Shown here: piece by piece, positions 56,690-64,000 of the stretch
How the letters are laid out: each line of letters starts with the position of its first letter
How positions within the stretch are numbered: position 1 is the stretch's first letter
Origin: Octopus vulgaris
Taxonomy: Eukaryota
Direction: 5' to 3'
NCBI GenBank assembly: GCA_951406725.2
Contig: OX597838.1
Coordinates: forward strand, 38,316,001 to 38,380,000
Length of the DNA stretch: 64,000 nt
Translations under genes and position numbers: made by a program
The notes under the pieces: model-generated
Database searches by the model: none
Seen by the model: only the letters and a program-made list of their open reading frames with translations
What the model was told of the DNA's origin: nothing

Positions 56690-56940
56690 ATATTATATAA
56701 AATCTGTTCTGTCTGTCTGTCTGTGTGTTTTCCAGGATCTCGGGCATCCTCCATCCGATTGCGCTCAAATTTGATATGTAGATACCGACGGTATCAGAGC
56801 GTGTATAATTCTTGAAAAAAATTACAAAACTCGATTCCAGGTGAGAATGCGATCGATAAAGCCGTGTGAACATGCATTTGTACGCGCAAGTACATCAGCT
56901 GTTGCGACCGATAACTTTATTTCTTCTTTTGCTAGTGTCT
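56690..56940 (+). mobile_element. Probable Helitron-like 5' fragment
   Basis: TATATAAAA then (GTCT)n then CCGATT...AAATTTG, resembling the 5' end of the 6712-7453 element. Confidence 0.5.
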
Positions 56941-57050
56941 GAAATTTAGGTTAAATCAGCGTTTCCCAAAGGGGTGGCCTATGGGACTGTCGGACAAGTT
57001 GTTTTGAGAAAATTTGGTTTAAACGTTTGACAACTCAGCACCGTCCATAT

Positions 57051-57112
<62 letters not shown>

Positions 57113-58047
57113 TGTCAATAATAAAAGGGTAAAATTAATTAATTAGTAATTAATAATTTTACCAAGTAGTGTTCAGTATGTAAAAAGACCATTTACGGTA
57201 TATTTAAAACATTACGTTATATAATTAGGGTTCAGTAAAATAATTTACTTTACCACACACTGAACTTTTAGAAATAGCAGCCAAAGAATTTAGCTATTTA
57301 CTCTACTATAAGAAAAGTTTCCCAGATATACGTGAATTGTTTCTGAGTATACATTGTCTGGGAGACTTTTCTTATAGTAGAATAAATAGCTAAATTCTTT
57401 GGCTGCTATTTCTAAAAGTTCAGTGTGTGGTAAAGTAAATTATTTTACTGAACCCTAATTATATAACGTAATGTTTTAAACATACCGTAAATGGTCTTTT
57501 TACATACTGAACACTACTTGGTAAAATTATTAATTACTAATTAATTAATTAGTAATTAATAATTTTACCCTTATTATTATTGACAATATAATTCTTTCCC
57601 TGATCCGTCTGTAGGAATTTGTTGCTCTATAACTCACGTGGGTGGACGGGGAAGGATGCAAAGCCTCATTCGTACGTTTTGAATTCGTTAGTATTGGTGG
57701 TCGAAGGTGGTTCGTCTGAGATTACTCAAATCAGACGGGTATGTTCGATTTTTAGTGTTCTCAAATTTAAAATTTACGAAATCTTGGGCTAATGACAGGA
57801 ATGTTGATATAGGGATGTATTTCTAGAATCTCTATATCTAACTAACCCAGAAACGGCCTTCTCAAGTAATCGATGTACGTGTGATCCTTCGTTATTTTTC
57901 CCTCTATACCTACGTGAATTGTTTCTGAGGATTCATTGTCTGGCAGACTCTTCTTATTGTAAAGGAAATAGCTAAATTCTTTGGCTGCTATTTCTAAAAG
58001 TTCGGTGTGTGGTAAAGTAAATTATTTTTTGCTGAACCCTAATTATA
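57113..58047 (+). mobile_element. Non-coding element: inverted arm of about 215 bp plus about 1.2 copies of a 582-bp unit with a degenerate HHR (57783-57866), in (TA)n
   Basis: 57113-57326 is the reverse complement of about 57356-57585; TACGTGAATTGTTTCTGAG at 57329 and 57911; CTTGGG-CTAATGA-...-GAAA-CGGCC-TT-CTCAAG. Confidence 0.8.
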
Positions 58048-58057
58048 TATACATATA

Positions 58058-58130
<73 letters not shown>

Positions 58131-58263
58131 ATTCGAGACAAAACCACTATTTTAAAATCAAACAAGGAAAGACTTAATCAATATAATATTTTTACTATAA
58201 AATTGGATTTAACCCTAAATCTGATTTTTCCCTGTAATTTTGGATTCATTCCCTAATATTTAT

Positions 58264-58338
<75 letters not shown>

Positions 58339-58399
58339 TGTATTTATATTTATATATATATATATATATATATATTCATGTACATATAAAGAGGATAGG

Positions 58400-59440
58400 C
58401 TTGAGTGCTGAGAGTCTTCAGAAAGTCTGCTTATTAGACTAGCATTTCTTAAATAAAGCTCATATTCTTAGAGATATGGGTTATTTTCAGTGCCACTATT
58501 TTGTTGGGAATTGTTGTTTCTCCGTTCCTTTCAGCGATACATTATCCCCTGTTTGGAATATAACTTTGATTATGAAGTAGTTCCTCTTCCGGTACTCTAC
58601 GAATCCTTAATCTCTCAGTCTGTGCGGATTGGTATATCCTAGAATGTTGGCACTCCACCCTTCTCTGTAACCTCTTATTTTCTCCGCTTATACCAACAAT
58701 TTACCACTTTCTTCACGATATTCTACAACACTTGCACACCTGTAAATGGATTCTTTCTTCTCTAAGAATAAACAACCAAAGTTAATGGGGTTAATTGCTT
58801 CAGCGCCACCTCCACGTAGTCTGCAATTACCGAACTTTATTTGATTATAGTCTTTAGGTAATTTCAGCGTCGTAATAATATCAAAAAAAACACATCCTTC
58901 AGTCTCAGTTGTTATTCTTGAACTTCTCAACTCAGTGCTGCGATTTTTCTTTATCTATTTCCCGTGGTCTTGTATTCTTTTTATATTTTTTCAGGTAATT
59001 ACCATGTGAAGACAGTTTTGCCATTATTTTGGCATGGCATTGTTTTCTTCTTTCTTTTTAGTCTTTCACCATTTACTCTCGTTGTTTCCTCTTTCTCTTA
59101 AGAACTATCTATCACTTCAGTCTCGATTCTGTATTTGTTGGTTTCCTTGAATACAGTAATAATATTATTTTGGTTTGTTCGTAACTATTGGAATTAATTT
59201 TCGATTATTCTTTACTAAATATATTTTATAGTAGCTACCCTGGATATTTCAGAGTAGTATTCTTATAAAAAAAGTACATTTCCTCTTATATTCGTGGTAA
59301 ATATAATATTTCTCAGCAAGGCTTTAGATAGTATATTGTAAATGCAGACAATCTTCCGGCATTTTTCTTTCACATCTAACCTTGCTAATTCCCTTTGTCT
59401 TATAAGCTTAAAGGTTTACGATTTTACATCTTGGTTTGAG
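58400..59440 (-). pseudogene. Old R4/Dong-clade LINE 3' region
   Basis: HGNYL, ETEG, NCRLRGGGAEAINPINFGCLFLEKKE and DIPIRTD align by eye to the 22.5-kb copy; boundaries approximate. Confidence 0.7.
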
Positions 59441-59458
59441 GCCTAACGCAGGTTGCAC

Positions 59459-59501
<43 letters not shown>

Positions 59502-59520
59502 GTTATCATTATTATTATTA

Positions 59521-59557
<37 letters not shown>

Positions 59558-59593
59558 TATCATTATTATTATTATTATTATAATTATTATTAT

Positions 59594-60038
59594 TGAGTGA
59601 GAGAGCAGTTCATGCCATCAAAGTGACACTGGGGTAAAATATACGAAGCCCAATATACCCATCATGACTACCCGTCTGATAAAGGTACACCAGTCACATG
59701 CATCACAATCATATGTGCGCGACATGGTGATCTCATATCAAGATAAACAGCACATGACCTTGCAGGTGGGGCCCAGTTAGAATTTTTTCTTCAGGTTGAG
59801 TAGCCCATCCCGCTCAAAAGGTCCCTGAATAAGGGTTGTTTAAGGATGTTGAAAGAACCACCCATGTTTCTAGAGGTGAATTATTCAAACCCCAAAGAAT
59901 CCCTCTCAACACATGGTTATGATGCTCCCCCACTACTTCTGCTCGTGATCAGAGATGCACATATCGTCAGCCACTAAGGGACATGCTCAACTGGTTAAGG
60001 TCAAACAACTGACAAGCAAATCTGTGGTATTGAGCAGA
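59594..60038. mobile_element. 445-bp non-coding insertion inside (ATT)n
   Basis: Sharp boundaries with ATT tracts on both sides; mixed-composition sequence. Confidence 0.6.
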
Positions 60039-60053
60039 TTATTATTGTTGTTG

Positions 60054-60114
<61 letters not shown>

Positions 60115-60189
60115 CATTATTATTATATATTATCATCATCATCACCATCATCATCATTATTATTATTGGGGACTAGTTGAGGGTATAAA

Positions 60190-60540
60190 CGATGATGGCT
60201 TAGGATGGAATCTAGTCTTCGACGAGAACAGTTTGGCTTGTCTCTTACGGAGGAACTTCGGGTCGAAGATCATGGACAATTTCTAAAAGTTTTTGGCATA
60301 GCAGTGCTACACAGGAGCATTGTCTGTTCGAGAGAAGCTCTTCAAACATGCATAGAAGAGCGAATAGCAGAAACTGCTCGAAATGCTTTCAAGGGGACGA
60401 AACCGTCCTGCATGCAATAATTCAGTGTCCGTGCATTAGAGAGTTGTGGGATTGTGTGGAGCAGCTGTTGTCGCGTCTAAGACGAAATTAGCTGTCGGCC
60501 GATTGTATTTTCTTTGCTCCTTGCAACTTCTTCAATAGAA
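60190..60540 (+). pseudogene. L1/Tx1 ORF2 C-terminal zinc-finger fragment
   Basis: LA*QCYTGALSVREKL and GDETVLHAIIQCPCIRELWDCVEQLLSRL (zf-RVT-like). Confidence 0.75.
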
Positions 60541-61540
60541 GAGGTTGTAAAAAGTAATGAAAATTTTAAGAAAAATAATAATGAGTAGAAATTGAACTTG
60601 TGAGTGTGTTGATTAATAAGAGATTAAGACAGAATCACTCTCCCCGAACAACAAAATATGCTTTAACACACGAATTCATATTAAGAATCTTGCAGACCAA
60701 ATACAAAGCGAAACATACATACATACATACATACATACATGCATACATACTGACTAAATACCAATCTTGAGAAATTAGGCTTCTCAAAACCAGGAAGGAG
60801 AAAGCTGATTCGAAGACTACAGATCGAATCCATCACTGGGACTGTAAAAATCTGTGAAATTTTCTTGAAGTTTATCATTTAAATATATATGAGCATGTCT
60901 ATATATGTACCTATATGCATGGGAATACGTACATAAAATATACAAATCTGCACATACGTACATACATACATACATACATACATACATACATACATACATA
61001 CATGCATGCATGCATGCGGGCATCTGTGCATACATGCATACATCCATGCAGACAGGCAGATAGACAGACACACAAAAATAAACTATTGATGTTGAAATTC
61101 CAATGAAGGAGCCTTGGGTCTAGGTTAGAAATCGGTTATTTTTCTATTGGCGAGAAATCTTGAAATAAACTGAATAAACTGAAATAAACATACATACATT
61201 AAATGAAAGTAGCATTTTTCATTGGGTTCTCCTCACCCAACCGAAGATATAAGCTTGTGGATTTTTACTAATTTGCAGATGAAGAGTATCGCCCATGACA
61301 TTAGATTCCGAGAATCTTAACGGCGGTAGAAATTACCAATGTTATGTCTTAGAAAAGAATGAATAACGACGAACAGAAACAAGAATTTCGCTGCATTTCT
61401 GGAAGTTTATAGCGTCCTTTACATTGCAATGGGGGAAATATATTGCCTTAATTAAATTTTGGACGATTTATATAGGTTGTTGCGCAAGTATTATCTGACT
61501 GTGGGCATATATAGATAGATCGATAGATAGATAGATGAAA

Positions 61541-61571
<31 letters not shown>

Positions 61572-61601
61572 TATTTACTCACATACACACACAACCATAT
61601 A

Positions 61602-61639
<38 letters not shown>

Positions 61640-62130
61640 CATACACACACACACACATAGATATATATATATGCACACGCAGTCAAATGATGTGTGTATA
61701 TATGTATAGATAGATACCTAAATCTATATGTATAAAGTACATATATATATATATGTGTGTGTGTGTGTGTATGTGTGTGTGTAAGTATGTATGTATACAT
61801 GTATATATATGTGTGTGTGTGTGTGTGAATGTATGTATAAGTATATAGAAATATATATGTATATATCCGCATCTAAATGGATGTTTCCATGCATGATGTT
61901 TGTATGTACGTACGTATGTTCCTTCGTATCCATATATGTACACTTCGCTATCAATTATATACAAGTTCAATCCCAACGCCAGGCGTCATATTTTTACCAT
62001 GAACACGGACACAGCGAATTGTAGAAGGCGACTGGATGGAGGGAATGTATCTGTTATTAAACCGACCCAGCATGTAAAATACCTTTTATGCTGTCTATGG
62101 AATACTCAACCACTGAGTATTCCACGGTAT

Positions 62131-62364
62131 AGGCGGTGAGCAGGCAGAATCGTTAGCGCGCCGGGTGAAATGCTTAGCGGTATTTCGTCTGCCGTTGCGT
62201 TCTGAGTTCAAATTCCGCCGAGGTCGACTTTGCCTTTCATCCTTTCGAGGTCGATAAATTAAGTACCAGTTACGCACTGGGGTCGATATAATCGACTTAA
62301 TACCTATGTCTGTTCTTGTTTGTCCCCTCTATGTTTAGCCCCTTGTGGGCAGTAAAGAAATAGG
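62131..62364 (+). mobile_element. SINE family B
   Basis: Full consensus match; GGTATA on both flanks. Confidence 0.9.
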
Positions 62365-62957
62365 TATAATTAAAGCTGCGGGTGATTCAATTTATTGAAC
62401 AATCCAAAGATTTCTCGTCTAAACTGACGGAGATCCTTTGTGTGCTTGTGTGTGTGCTTGCCATGTATTTCTATTAGCTATATGTTTGATACAAGAGAGG
62501 TGTTTATTTATTAGATGTACCACGGTCATTATGTTAAGTTTAGCAATATTCATCGCCTTGCATCACCCTATATATTACAGAATCCAGTTTATATTGCTTT
62601 GTCAGGATTACTTTAGGCTGCTTATATCAATCTATATATGTGTGTGCTTGCGTGAGCTTCTAAATTATATAATATATATACATATATATATATATCTGTG
62701 TGTGCTCAAATATAAATATACATAGGAAATAAACAAATAAACATTATAAACGTACATCCACCATAATATATGCTAATTGTACACTAAAAGATATACACTC
62801 TCACACCCACACATATACAAATGTGTGTATATACACAGACATCCATATATACATACATATGTGTATATATTCATATATATATATACACACATATATGTAT
62901 ATATAGATATTTGTATGTATATATAAATATCTATATATATCTATTTATATATATATA

Positions 62958-63001
<44 letters not shown>

Positions 63002-63441
63002 ATATGTATGTATGTAAGTATGTATGTATGTATGTATGTATGTATGTATGTATGTATGTATGAATGAATGTATGTGTATACATATATCCACACATACGTA
63101 CTTACGAATATGTAAATTGTAATTTCCCTTCCTCTGTCTTTCCTTCCCAGTTTATCCTGTCACAGAACACATCCTATATGCGTATATATATGTATATATA
63201 TACATATATTCATATGCTCATAGTCATACCACATACATACATACAAGCATACATACATCACAGTTTACTAAATTTGTTACCTTAATCTCATCCACCATAT
63301 TGCGCCATATCTCATGCTTTCACCACTCCATTGTCTTAGATTTGTCTGTTTTCCATGTTTGTGATTCTTTACTTTGGATTAACAATTTTATTCCCGTTGT
63401 TATAAGTTACGTTCCTCAAAGTTTAATACTTTGCAATATAT

Positions 63442-63605
63442 AGGCGCAGGAGTGGCTGTGTGGTAAGTAGCTTGCTAACCAACTACATGCTTCCGGGTTC
63501 AGTCCCACTGCGTGGCATCTTGGGCAAGTGTCTTCTGCTATAGCCCCTGGCCGACCAATGCCTTGTGAGTGGATTTGGTAGACGGAAACTGAAAGAAGCC
63601 TGTCG

Positions 63606-63697
<92 letters not shown>

Positions 63698-63905
63698 TGT
63701 TTGTCCCCCTAGCATTGCTTGACAACCGATGCTGGTGTGTTTACGTCCCCGTCACTTAGCGGTTCGGCAAAAGAGACCGATAGAATAAGTACTGGGCTTA
63801 CAACAAATAAGTCCCGGAGTCGATTTGCTCGACTAAAGGCGGTGCGCCAGCATGGCCGCAGTCAAATGACTGAAACAAGTAAAAGAGAGTAAAAGAGTAA
63901 GAGTA
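63442..63905 (+). mobile_element. SINE family A, full length, young
   Basis: Nearly identical to 5541-5975 and the reverse complement of 35496-35907 outside the internal microsatellite. Confidence 0.93.
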
Positions 63906-64000
63906 CAACTTCACACATAGATATGTCTGTGTGTCTAAAAGGCTGGCTTTGCATCCATCTGGTTCCGGTTCCATTCCCTCTTCGCGACATCTTGTGCAAG

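Overview
AT-rich eukaryotic DNA, packed with microsatellites, with no recognisable host protein-coding exon. The SINE repertoire looks like that of an octopus (inference from recalled sequence, not a search). Almost all listed ORFs are translations of (TA)n, (CA)n, (ATT)n, (CAT)n and (ACC)n tracts. The real content is transposon debris: four tRNA-derived SINE families (about 40 copies or fragments), a decayed Tc1 (DD34E), a mariner stub, non-autonomous Helitrons, L1/Tx1, R4/Dong and RTE LINE fragments, and a decayed Penelope-like element (RT plus GIY-YIG). The most notable signal is about 14 hammerhead-ribozyme (HHR) or HHR-like motifs in non-coding units inserted into (TA)n. They include a 2.4-copy, apparently identical 362-bp tandem array whose units each carry a type I HHR with the compensatory U3-A8 core. 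That array has two diverged relatives that keep the same hairpins. Together these suggest a family of Penelope-dependent retrozyme-like (circRNA-forming) elements with a recurring inverted-arm insertion architecture. All alignments and folds were done by eye.
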